Source: Prochlorococcus marinus subsp. pastoris str. CCMP1986 (lineage in GTDB: Bacteria > Cyanobacteriota > Cyanobacteriia > PCC-6307 > Cyanobiaceae). From it: a stretch of 32,000 nt of DNA. Each line of letters starts with the position of its first letter. Positions within the stretch are counted from its first letter, which is position 1. Shown here piece after piece: positions 10,519-17,893 of this stretch. Location of the stretch: positions 510,001 to 542,000 of the forward strand of contig NC_005072.1 of the NCBI RefSeq assembly GCF_000011465.1, written 5' to 3'. The translations under genes and the position numbers were made by a program. Below the pieces are notes generated by a model. That model made no database searches, was not told where the DNA came from, and saw only the letters and a program-made list of their open reading frames with translations.

Positions 10519-10540
10519 GAGGAGAAAATCATTTCTCCTC
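10519..10540 (+). other. Perfect 9-bp stem / 4-nt loop hairpin in the cbbL-cbbS spacer (GAGGAGAAA-ATCA-TTTCTCCTC), followed by AATTTTT
   Basis: Read directly from the sequence. It starts 17 nt after the cbbL stop and ends 52 nt before the cbbS ATG. Confidence 0.6.
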
Positions 10541-10591
10541 AATTTTTCAAACCTCGTTTTTACGAGAATATCATTCACAAATCATTTAATT

Positions 10592-10933
10592 ATGCCTTTC
10601 CAGAGCTCAGTTGGTGACTATCAAACAGTTGCTACCCTGGAAACATTCGGTTTTTTACCACCGATGACCCAGGAAGAAATATACGATCAAATTGCCTACA
10701 TTATTGCTCAAGGATGGAGTCCTGTTATTGAGCATGTACATCCAAGTGGAAGTATGCAAACTTATTGGTCTTATTGGAAGCTCCCTTTCTTTGGGGAAAA
10801 AGATCTTAACTTGGTTGTAAGTGAGTTAGAAGCATGCCATAGAGCATACCCTGATCATCACGTAAGAATCATTGGTTATGACGCTTATACACAAAGTCAA
10901 GGTACAGCTTTTGCAGTTTTCCAAGGACGCTAA
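10592..10933 (+). CDS. cbbS: RuBisCO small subunit
   Basis: 113 aa. It has the typical RbcS motifs TFGFLPPMTQEEIYDQIAYII and YWSYWKLPFFG. Confidence 0.98.
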   Translation: MPFQSSVGDYQTVATLETFGFLPPMTQEEIYDQIAYIIAQGWSPVIEHVHPSGSMQTYWSYWKLPFFGEKDLNLVVSELEACHRAYPDHHVRIIGYDAYTQSQGTAFAVFQGR

Positions 10934-10955
10934 ATTTTTATTTAACAGTCAATAT

Positions 10956-11001
10956 CTTTCTCCTTTCAAAACTACAATTTTTATTGGAGAAAGTTTTTTT
11001 T
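10956..11001 (+). terminator. Intrinsic-terminator-like hairpin between cbbS and csoS2: CTTTCTCC (10956-10963) pairs with GGAGAAAG (10986-10993), followed by T8 (10994-11001)
   Basis: An 8-bp perfect stem with a 22-nt loop and an uninterrupted run of eight T immediately 3-prime. It is located inside the operon. Confidence 0.5.
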
Positions 11002-11023
11002 AAGAGTTACTAATTTGAAGATT

Positions 11024-13321
11024 ATGTCAACAAAAACAAGTAGAGAGATTGCACTAGAAAGAAGAAAGGCTATGAGTGATGGCGGGAAAAAAGCTGCCTT
11101 ACATTCTTCTTCTACTAAAGATAGGGTTAGATCATCTCAAGATATAAATTCAACTGGAGCAACTTCTTCAAATAAAAAAGTTTTAACATCACCAAGTAAA
11201 TCTAATATACCTGCCAATAAAATTGCTAGAAAATCTACTTCATCAAAATTATCGAGTAAAGAACTTGGTATAGAAAGAAGAAAAGCAATGTCTACACATG
11301 GTAAATCAGCTATTAATTCTTCAGATAGAACACGTACTGATGTTAAAAGTGATATTAAAGTTAATAAAGTTATTTCAACCGAAAAACCTCAGGCCTTAAA
11401 AGACCACAATAACAATATTAAAGATAATCAAGTAGTTAAACAAAATATCAAAAGAAGAATTAATCAAAAGAGAAAACCGATAACAAATACAAGCAGAGAT
11501 ATTGTTTTAGCAAGAAGAGAAGCTCAATCTAAACATGGAAAATCAGCATCAAAACAAAATACAAGTGCTGCTTCTTTAGCGAGAAGAGGAGACCCGGATT
11601 TGTCTAGTAGGGAAATTTCTCAAAGGGTAAGAGAACTTAGAAGTAAAACAGGATCTACATCAAAACAAGGTAATGGTAAGTGTAGGCCATGTGGTCCAAA
11701 CAAAAATGGCTCTAAATTAAATATCGCTGATGCAAGTTGGAAAGTTGGAAAAAGTGAAACAGATTCTGGACAAACTGTTACGGGAACACAAGCAAACAGA
11801 TCTTTGAAAACAACAGGTAATGAAGCTAGCACCTGTAGAACAGTAACTGGGACACAATATATGGGAGCTGAGGTGACTGGTCAATTCTGTCAAGACAAAC
11901 CAAAATATAAACAACCTATAAGAGCATCTGTTACAACTACAACATCAGGGAATAAGGTTACTGGTAATGAAGTCGGAAGATCTGAAAAAGTTACTGGGGA
12001 TGAACCTGGGACTTGTAAAAACTTGACTGGAACAGAATATATTTCTGCTAATCAGTCAAAAAAATATTGTGGGGAAGTAATAAAAAAACCATCAAAGGTA
12101 ATGCAAAGTATAACAACTGATGGATTAAAAGTATCTGGTTCCTTGCCAGGAAGATCATCCTTAGTAACTGGAGATGAATCAGGATCTGGGAAGCAGTTGA
12201 CTGGCGATCAATATCTGGGATCAGAGCCTAGCCCAAAAGGAAAATCATTTGAAAAAGTTGGAAGTTATGACACTTTAAATGGAAATAACGTTACAGGAAC
12301 TGGTGTAGGAAGATCTGATTATGTAACAGGTAATGAATATGGTAGCTGTAAAAATCTGACGGGAGATGAATATATTGGTTCCCAGCAATATGAAAAATTC
12401 TGCGGATCTACTCCAAAGCCTGAGGCTAGGAAAGTTGGTTTGAGTCTCTCTTCCAAATCTAATTTGATAAGTGGAACAATGACAGGTAGATCAAAAATCG
12501 TAACAGGCGATGAGCCTGGTTCATGCAAGGTATTAACAGGAACTCCTTATGCAGGCTTAGATCAGATTAATGATAATTGCAATGCTGAAATTGCTGATGA
12601 TATGAAATCTCGAGCGACAGTCAATTCTGGCAATAATTCAAATGCTAGATTAACTGGACTGCAGCCAGGCATTGGTGGAGTAATGACTGGAGCAACAAAA
12701 GGTTCTTGTAAAAATTTAACTGGAACCCCATATATTGGAGGAGATCAGTTTTTATCAAATTGCGAAACACCACCAAACGATGCTTCTTATGCAAATCAAG
12801 AGAAGTCAGCCTCAAATTCTTGGAAGGAATTTTCTGTTAATTCACCATCAAGAGAAAAGTATTCAGCTAAAAATACAGAAGGAGTAACAGGTAATAGGTA
12901 TGAAGATAGTTCAAAGATTACAGGACCTTTTGATATGGCAGAAGATAAAGTCACGGGTACTGAGCAATTTAGATTTGAACCTAATAAAAATATGACTTAT
13001 AAACAAAAAATGAAACAAGAAGAAAGTCAAAATATTGATATTCCTACAGATAAAAAAGAGCCTTCTAAAATAACAGGTGAGGGTCAATCTGCAGGGAATA
13101 TAACAGGTGATGACTGGGATAGAGGAGATAAAGTTACGGGAACAGAAGGAGTTTCTGCTAGGAAGAGGAATCCATCAAGAGCGGGATTTATGGGGGCAAT
13201 GCCACCTGTTGATAATAAGAGAAATGATGAGACAGAAAAACCTGATTTTCTTATAACTGGATCTAGTGGTAACACTCGCGATGGACAACTGGTTACCTTT
13301 TCAGGTGGTGCAAGAGGTTAA
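11024..13321 (+). CDS. csoS2: Carboxysome assembly/scaffold protein CsoS2
   Basis: The track ORF begins at TTG 11015. I prefer ATG 11024 (MSTKTSREIALERRKAMS). The protein is highly basic and repetitive, with N-terminal R/K helical repeats, VTG-rich middle repeats carrying Cys pairs, and a C-terminal ...FSGGARG. Confidence 0.93.
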   Translation: MSTKTSREIALERRKAMSDGGKKAALHSSSTKDRVRSSQDINSTGATSSNKKVLTSPSKSNIPANKIARKSTSSKLSSKELGIERRKAMSTHGKSAINSSDRTRTDVKSDIKVNKVISTEKPQALKDHNNNIKDNQVVKQNIKRRINQKRKPITNTSRDIVLARREAQSKHGKSASKQNTSAASLARRGDPDLSSREISQRVRELRSKTGSTSKQGNGKCRPCGPNKNGSKLNIADASWKVGKSETDSGQTVTGTQANRSLKTTGNEASTCRTVTGTQYMGAEVTGQFCQDKPKYKQPIRASVTTTTSGNKVTGNEVGRSEKVTGDEPGTCKNLTGTEYISANQSKKYCGEVIKKPSKVMQSITTDGLKVSGSLPGRSSLVTGDESGSGKQLTGDQYLGSEPSPKGKSFEKVGSYDTLNGNNVTGTGVGRSDYVTGNEYGSCKNLTGDEYIGSQQYEKFCGSTPKPEARKVGLSLSSKSNLISGTMTGRSKIVTGDEPGSCKVLTGTPYAGLDQINDNCNAEIADDMKSRATVNSGNNSNARLTGLQPGIGGVMTGATKGSCKNLTGTPYIGGDQFLSNCETPPNDASYANQEKSASNSWKEFSVNSPSREKYSAKNTEGVTGNRYEDSSKITGPFDMAEDKVTGTEQFRFEPNKNMTYKQKMKQEESQNIDIPTDKKEPSKITGEGQSAGNITGDDWDRGDKVTGTEGVSARKRNPSRAGFMGAMPPVDNKRNDETEKPDFLITGSSGNTRDGQLVTFSGGARG
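11039..11653 (+). repeat. CsoS2 N-terminal domain: four copies of the basic S(R/K)(E/D)I..(E/A)RR.A.S..GK-type peptide repeat
   Basis: The copies are SREIALERRKAMSDGGKKA, SKELGIERRKAMSTHGKSA, SRDIVLARREAQSKHGKSA and SREISQRVRELRSKTGS. They correspond to the RuBisCO-binding N-peptides described for CsoS2. Confidence 0.8.
11774..12763 (+). repeat. CsoS2 middle region: six ~40-aa repeats of the form xVTG...GRSxxVTG(D/N)E.G.CK.LTG(T/D).Y.......C
   Basis: I read the repeats at track residues 254-292, 314-352, 372-400, 425-463, 484-522 and 545-583. The third copy lacks both cysteines. Confidence 0.8.
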
Positions 13322-13328
13322 TTAAATA

Positions 13329-14858
13329 ATGCCTTTGAGAGGACTGGCTAAAGCCAAGAACTTCACATTGGGGCCAACTGCTCCAATGAAAACCTTTACA
13401 GAAAATGTTCATTCACAGAATAATGAAATAAATAATTTAAAAAAAATTGATAAGACTCATAACTTAACTAATAATTCTCAGAATGAAAAACTTTATAAAT
13501 ATGAGAGTCAAATAAAAAGTAGTTTTGACAGAATTGTCCCTACTTTGAAAGAAATTGCTCGTATACAACATCATGAGGATTTCATAAATACAGCTCAATC
13601 TATATCTAAGCAAAATTTAGGAATAAATTTGCCAACACATATTTTAGATAAATCTTGGGTTAAACCATTAGATATGAGGGCCTTATATGCATGGTGCGCC
13701 TTTAAGCAGCATGAGAAATTAAGCGATAATTTTTTCGAAAATGATCCTTTAGAGGGGTCTTTTGGTAGTCCTAACGCAAATAATTTCGAGACAGCACTGC
13801 TAGATTGTGGAATTCATTTGTTAGACATAACGCCCTGCTCTGACGGAAGATTGGCTCATTCAGTAGCTTATGTAATGAGAATTCCATTTAGTGCAGTTAG
13901 AAGAAGATCACATGCAGGGGCACTCTTTGATATTGAAAATACTGTGAATAGATGGGTAAAAACTGAACATAAAAGATATAGAGAAAATAATCCAAATGAA
14001 GCCCATGAAGATACAAGGTATTTAAAAATCGTCACATACCATTTTAGTTCTGTTGACCCTTTACATCAGGGATGTGCGGCTCATGGTAGTGATGATAAAT
14101 TAGCAGCTAAGGAGGGTAGTGAAAAATTACTTGCTTTTAAGGAGGCGGTTGAAAATAGCTTCTGCTGCGGGGCTTCAGTAGATCTAATGTTAATTGGTCT
14201 TGATACTGATACTGATTCTTTAAAGATTCATTTATCTTCAAGTGACGGAAAGATTGATTTAGAAAATACTATTTCTAGTTTAGACATTTACAATTCCACA
14301 ATAAATTTTTCAAAAGACGAAGCAGAAAAAGAAATTTGTCAGATTATTTCAGGTAATTCTAATAAGGTTCAACTAAAGGGATTGGACAAGTTTGTCTATA
14401 AATTAATAGTCAATAATATTTCTCAGATTGATTATGTTAAGAAATTTCATAAAGGTTCTTATGAAGATATTGGTCATGCTGAAAGGTTTATTGGGGTTGG
14501 GATTGGTTTCAAAGAGGTTCATCTAAGAAATTTAACGTATTTTGCGCATCTTGATACAGTTGAAGAAGGAGCTCCTGATTTGGATGTGGGAGTAAAGATT
14601 TTTACAGGATTAAATGTTTCTCAAGATCTACCTATTCCAATAGTAATAAGATTTGATTATTCTGGTAAAGTACCTGGGGCGAAAGAAAGGGCTGCAAAAG
14701 ATTGTTATAGAGTCAATAATGCGATATCAATTAGATATAAAAGTTTAGTTGATAAAGGGTTGTTGCACACTTGTCTTACTATTAGAGATAGGGACAACAT
14801 TCATTCCGCCCAAATAATTGGAATGTCTTTAGATCAAAAAACAAAGGAGGCCCATTAA
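13329..14858 (+). CDS. csoSCA: Carboxysome shell carbonic anhydrase CsoSCA (CsoS3)
   Basis: 509 aa. Its position is immediately after csoS2. It has the conserved zinc-site context ITPCSDGRLAHS and HQGCAAHGSD. Confidence 0.93.
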   Translation: MPLRGLAKAKNFTLGPTAPMKTFTENVHSQNNEINNLKKIDKTHNLTNNSQNEKLYKYESQIKSSFDRIVPTLKEIARIQHHEDFINTAQSISKQNLGINLPTHILDKSWVKPLDMRALYAWCAFKQHEKLSDNFFENDPLEGSFGSPNANNFETALLDCGIHLLDITPCSDGRLAHSVAYVMRIPFSAVRRRSHAGALFDIENTVNRWVKTEHKRYRENNPNEAHEDTRYLKIVTYHFSSVDPLHQGCAAHGSDDKLAAKEGSEKLLAFKEAVENSFCCGASVDLMLIGLDTDTDSLKIHLSSSDGKIDLENTISSLDIYNSTINFSKDEAEKEICQIISGNSNKVQLKGLDKFVYKLIVNNISQIDYVKKFHKGSYEDIGHAERFIGVGIGFKEVHLRNLTYFAHLDTVEEGAPDLDVGVKIFTGLNVSQDLPIPIVIRFDYSGKVPGAKERAAKDCYRVNNAISIRYKSLVDKGLLHTCLTIRDRDNIHSAQIIGMSLDQKTKEAH

Positions 14859-14861
14859 ATC

Positions 14862-15128
14862 ATGCTTATTTGCAAGGTATTGAAACCACTTGTTTCAACA
14901 AATAGAATACCGGGATTCGAGCATAAGCATCTTCAAGTAGTTTTAGATGGCTCTTCTAATAAGGTTGCCGTTGATGCTGTGGGATGTAAGCCCGGTGATT
15001 GGGTTATTTGTGTTGGTAGTTCTGCTGCTAGAGAAGCTGCAGGGAGTAAGTCATATCCAAGTGATTTAACGATTGTTGGAATTATTGATCATTGGGATCC
15101 CGATAGTCCAAAACAGATTGAGGTGTAG
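14862..15128 (+). CDS. csoS4A: Carboxysome vertex protein CsoS4A (EutN/CcmL family pentamer)
   Basis: 88 aa, with motifs MLICKVLKPLVSTNRIPGFEHKHLQVV and AVDAVGCKPGDWV. It starts 3 nt after csoSCA. Confidence 0.93.
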   Translation: MLICKVLKPLVSTNRIPGFEHKHLQVVLDGSSNKVAVDAVGCKPGDWVICVGSSAAREAAGSKSYPSDLTIVGIIDHWDPDSPKQIEV

Positions 15129-15133
15129 AAATT

Positions 15134-15382
15134 TTGGAAATAATGAAGGTATGTGGAAGAATGGTCTGCACCCAGAGAGTAGCTGGCCTTGGACACATGA
15201 ATTTGAGAATTTTAGAAAATAATAAAGGTAAAAAAGTTGTTGCAGTTGATCCTGTTGGAGCTAGAGAAGGTAATTGGGTATTTACTGCTAGTGGCTCAGC
15301 AGCAAGGTTTGCTTGCCCTAATCCAGAAGTTCAAACTGATTTAACCATTGGCGGAATTATTGATTACTGGGAATCTAATTAG
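15134..15382 (+). CDS. csoS4B: Carboxysome vertex protein CsoS4B (EutN/CcmL family)
   Basis: 82 aa from TTG 15134, with a GAGGTG ~9 nt upstream. An alternative ATG lies at 15143. It is a paralogue of csoS4A (VCTQRVAGLGHMNLRIL, AVDPVGAREGNWV). Confidence 0.9.
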   Translation: MEIMKVCGRMVCTQRVAGLGHMNLRILENNKGKKVVAVDPVGAREGNWVFTASGSAARFACPNPEVQTDLTIGGIIDYWESN

Positions 15383-15482
15383 ACTTTTATAGTTTTTGCT
15401 TGTCCTAATTTATTTGTCAAAATAATTAGTAAAAATATAAAATAAATGTATAGTATTAATTGCTGTTGCAAATTATGTCTTA

Positions 15483-15722
15483 ATGTGGAAACAAAGGGAA
15501 TCTCCTTCAAGAATTGAAAAAAGATTTGAGTTTGAAGAGTATCAAAAAATTAGTATATTTTTGAAAAAAACAGATGAATTATGTAAAGAAAAAAATATCT
15601 ATCCCAATATTAGTTTTGGTAAGAATTTTGTTAGTGTATCCATCTTTTTAGATTCTGAGGAAATACCAAGTAATGAAAAAGACTTTTCTATAAAATTAGA
15701 TAATTTCTTTTTAGAAAAATAA
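15483..15722 (+). CDS. Pterin-4a-carbinolamine dehydratase-like protein lacking catalytic histidines (alpha-carboxysome RuBisCO assembly factor, acRAF-type)
   Basis: 79 aa. It has PCD-like spacing (W....IEK.F.F..Y.....F; YPNISFGKNFVSVSI) but contains no histidine at all. It sits at the 3-prime end of the cso locus. Confidence 0.7.
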   Translation: MWKQRESPSRIEKRFEFEEYQKISIFLKKTDELCKEKNIYPNISFGKNFVSVSIFLDSEEIPSNEKDFSIKLDNFFLEK

Positions 15723-15727
15723 TGTGC

Positions 15728-15955
15728 TTAATAATGATTAGGTTTATCTATATCTCTTTTAATTAGTGCCATTAAATAAGTAGGGGCTTTATATCTTCCA
15801 GGAAGGCATCTATTTAATGTTTCAAGATGACCCCAACAAACTGTCCTTTCAATCTCTTTTAGTGAATTTCCTTTTAAAATTAATAACCTTAGCGCTTTAC
15901 AAAATAAAGGGTAGCCTGCTTCTAGTTCGTCTATATTTAGCTTTGCTGCTGTCAT
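15728..15955 (-). CDS. Hypothetical protein (75 aa)
   Basis: An ORF with an ATG start, convergent with the PCD-like gene across a 5-nt gap. I recognise no family. Its compact placement in a dense genome supports that it is real. Confidence 0.45.
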   Translation of the reverse strand: MTAAKLNIDELEAGYPLFCKALRLLILKGNSLKEIERTVCWGHLETLNRCLPGRYKAPTYLMALIKRDIDKPNHY

Positions 15956-16040
15956 AGATCATAGAAGTTTTGTTATTTAATAATCTATACAAATATGGCG
16001 CATAATTGGTTCTTATTTCAAATTTCTAAATAATAATAAA

Positions 16041-16433
16041 TTAATCTAGAAAAGCCACGCAATCTATTTCAATTAAAACACCTTTTGGCAAAGAAGAAAC
16101 TTCTACACATGCTCTTGCCGGTGGGTTCTCCACATTAAAAAAATCACTATAAATATCGTTAACAGTTTTAAAATTTTTTAAATCAGTTAAATAAATAGTC
16201 GTTTTTATTACATCTTCTGCTTTTGCTCCTCCAGCATTAAGAACAGCTAAAAGATTTTTTAAAACTTGAGTAGTTTCTTTCTCAATATTACCTAGGCAAT
16301 TTATTTTATTTGAAACTGGATCGATGGCAATTTGACCCGAACAATAAATAAAATTTCCTGCTTTGATTGCTTGGTTATAGGGACCAACAGGGTCTGGTGC
16401 ATTAGCAGTCTTAATTACTTTTGTTGAAGACAT
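16041..16433 (-). CDS. ridA: RidA/YjgF/TdcF-family reactive-intermediate deaminase
   Basis: 130 aa. It has the family motifs PVGPYNQAIKAGNFIYCSGQIA and PARACVEVSSLPKGVLIEI. Confidence 0.88.
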   Translation of the reverse strand: MSSTKVIKTANAPDPVGPYNQAIKAGNFIYCSGQIAIDPVSNKINCLGNIEKETTQVLKNLLAVLNAGGAKAEDVIKTTIYLTDLKNFKTVNDIYSDFFNVENPPARACVEVSSLPKGVLIEIDCVAFLD

Positions 16434-16457
16434 TTGAATAGGGATATATATATAAAT

Positions 16458-17198
16458 TTAAACCCATGAATCTTTATTTGCTCTTAAAAAAGAAAATCCT
16501 TTTAAATTATCTGCTCTTAAAAACAGATTAATTTTCATCTCTTCTTCAAGTAGGCATGGAATTGTAAGTTCTTTTAAAGCTATTTTTTTTTCAACTTCAA
16601 TGAGTTTATTTTTAATATTTTGATTCTCTGGTTCAAGATCTAATGCCCACAAAAGATTTGATTTCGTATATTCATGAGCACAGTAGATGAGTGTGTTTTT
16701 GGGTAATGACTTAATTCTTTTGAGAGAATAATACATTTGTTTATAAGTACCTTCAAAGATTCTTCCACATCCAGCAGAAAATAAAGTATCACCAATGAAT
16801 AGAATAGGAACGTTGTTATTTATATAGAAAGCTATATGAGATCTTGTGTGTCCTATTACTTCGATTACTTTAACTTCTTCATCTAATAACTCTAATGTGT
16901 CTCCATCCTTAACGGATGAATTCTGAAATGGTATACGATCTTTTTCTTTACAGGAGGCTATAACCTTAACATTTGGCCATTCTTTTATAAGCTCTCTAGT
17001 CCCTCCAATATGATCTGAGTGATGATGAGTTTGTAATATAGCTTCTAAATTGAGATTATTAGTTTTTAGGTATTCTTTTACAGGTTGAGAAAGAGCAGGA
17101 TCAATAACTACTGCTGATCTATTTTTTTTCCAGAGCCAAATTATATTATCCCTTAGAACTCTTATCCCAATAATTTTATGCTCTTTATTAAATTCCAT
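16458..17198 (-). CDS. gloB: Hydroxyacylglutathione hydrolase (glyoxalase II), metallo-beta-lactamase fold
   Basis: It has the [10 protein letters not shown] (HxHxDH) motif and the GloB-like N-terminus [13 protein letters not shown] trimmed the track ORF (which runs to 17381) to Met62 (ATG complement at 17196-17198). The longer form would overlap hisG and has no homology-like features. Confidence 0.85.
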   Translation of the reverse strand: MEFNKEHKIIGIRVLRDNIIWLWKKNRSAVVIDPALSQPVKEYLKTNNLNLEAILQTHHHSDHIGGTRELIKEWPNVKVIASCKEKDRIPFQNSSVKDGDTLELLDEEVKVIEVIGHTRSHIAFYINNNVPILFIGDTLFSAGCGRIFEGTYKQMYYSLKRIKSLPKNTLIYCAHEYTKSNLLWALDLEPENQNIKNKLIEVEKKIALKELTIPCLLEEEMKINLFLRADNLKGFSFLRANKDSWV

Positions 17199-17241
17199 TA
17201 TTACCTTAGAATTAAAAAATTGTTTGAAAATAAATTGATCT

Positions 17242-17889
17242 ATGATTACTATAGCTTTACCTAAAGGAGCTCTGTTAGAAGATTCAATTTCAATTTTTAA
17301 AAAAGCAGGATTGAACTTCTCTGATGCATTACTAGAGAATAGTAGATCATTAACTGTCGAGTCGAAATGTAAACGAGCCAAAGCCTTACTGGTAAGAAAT
17401 GGAGATGTCCCAGTTTATGTAAGTTACGGGCAAGCAGATTTAGGAATTGTAGGTTATGACGTATTACAGGAATCTGAATTGAAAGTTGCTAAATTGCTTG
17501 ATTTAGAGTTTGGTGGATGTCACATGTCACTTGCTGTAAAAAATAATAGTAATTATTTAAAACCTACGGATCTTCCCGCTAATTGTAAAGTGGCAAGTAA
17601 ATTTACAAAAACTGCAAGAGCCTATTTTGATGATTTAAATATACCAGTTGAAATTGTTCATCTAACGGGATCAGTAGAGCTTGGACCTATTACTGGAATG
17701 GCAGAAGCTATAGTAGATTTGGTTGCCACAGGTAAGACTCTCAAAGAAAATGGTTTAAGTAAAATTGACGATCTTTTTTATTCAACTGCAAGGTTAATAG
17801 CTAATCCTCTCTCTCTAAGATTAGATAGCAACCCTCTCAGAGATGTGATTTTATCAATAGAATCTTCTAAGGATATATTAAATATTTAA
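17242..17889 (+). CDS. hisG: ATP phosphoribosyltransferase, short form
   Basis: 215 aa, with motifs [36 protein letters not shown] and [14 protein letters not shown]. Confidence 0.93.
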   Translation: MITIALPKGALLEDSISIFKKAGLNFSDALLENSRSLTVESKCKRAKALLVRNGDVPVYVSYGQADLGIVGYDVLQESELKVAKLLDLEFGGCHMSLAVKNNSNYLKPTDLPANCKVASKFTKTARAYFDDLNIPVEIVHLTGSVELGPITGMAEAIVDLVATGKTLKENGLSKIDDLFYSTARLIANPLSLRLDSNPLRDVILSIESSKDILNI

Positions 17890-17893
17890 AGTA

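Noticed and set aside
11015-11023. The TTG start for csoS2 proposed by the ORF track (MKIM...).
   Set aside because: An in-frame ATG at 11024 gives MSTKTSREIALERRKAMS, the usual CsoS2 N-terminus. The TTG lies only 14 nt after the T8 tail of the upstream hairpin.
15446-15517. A 23-codon Cys-rich mini-ORF (MYSINCCCKLCLNVETKGISFKN) overlapping the start of the PCD-like gene.
   Set aside because: It is out of frame with and overlaps a better-supported gene. It has no ribosome-binding-like sequence and is very short. It is most likely chance.
17199-17381. A 61-codon N-terminal extension of the gloB ORF that overlaps the hisG start.
   Set aside because: GloB homology begins at [23 protein letters not shown]. 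The extension would overlap hisG by 140 nt on the opposite strand and looks like chance open frame in AT-rich DNA.
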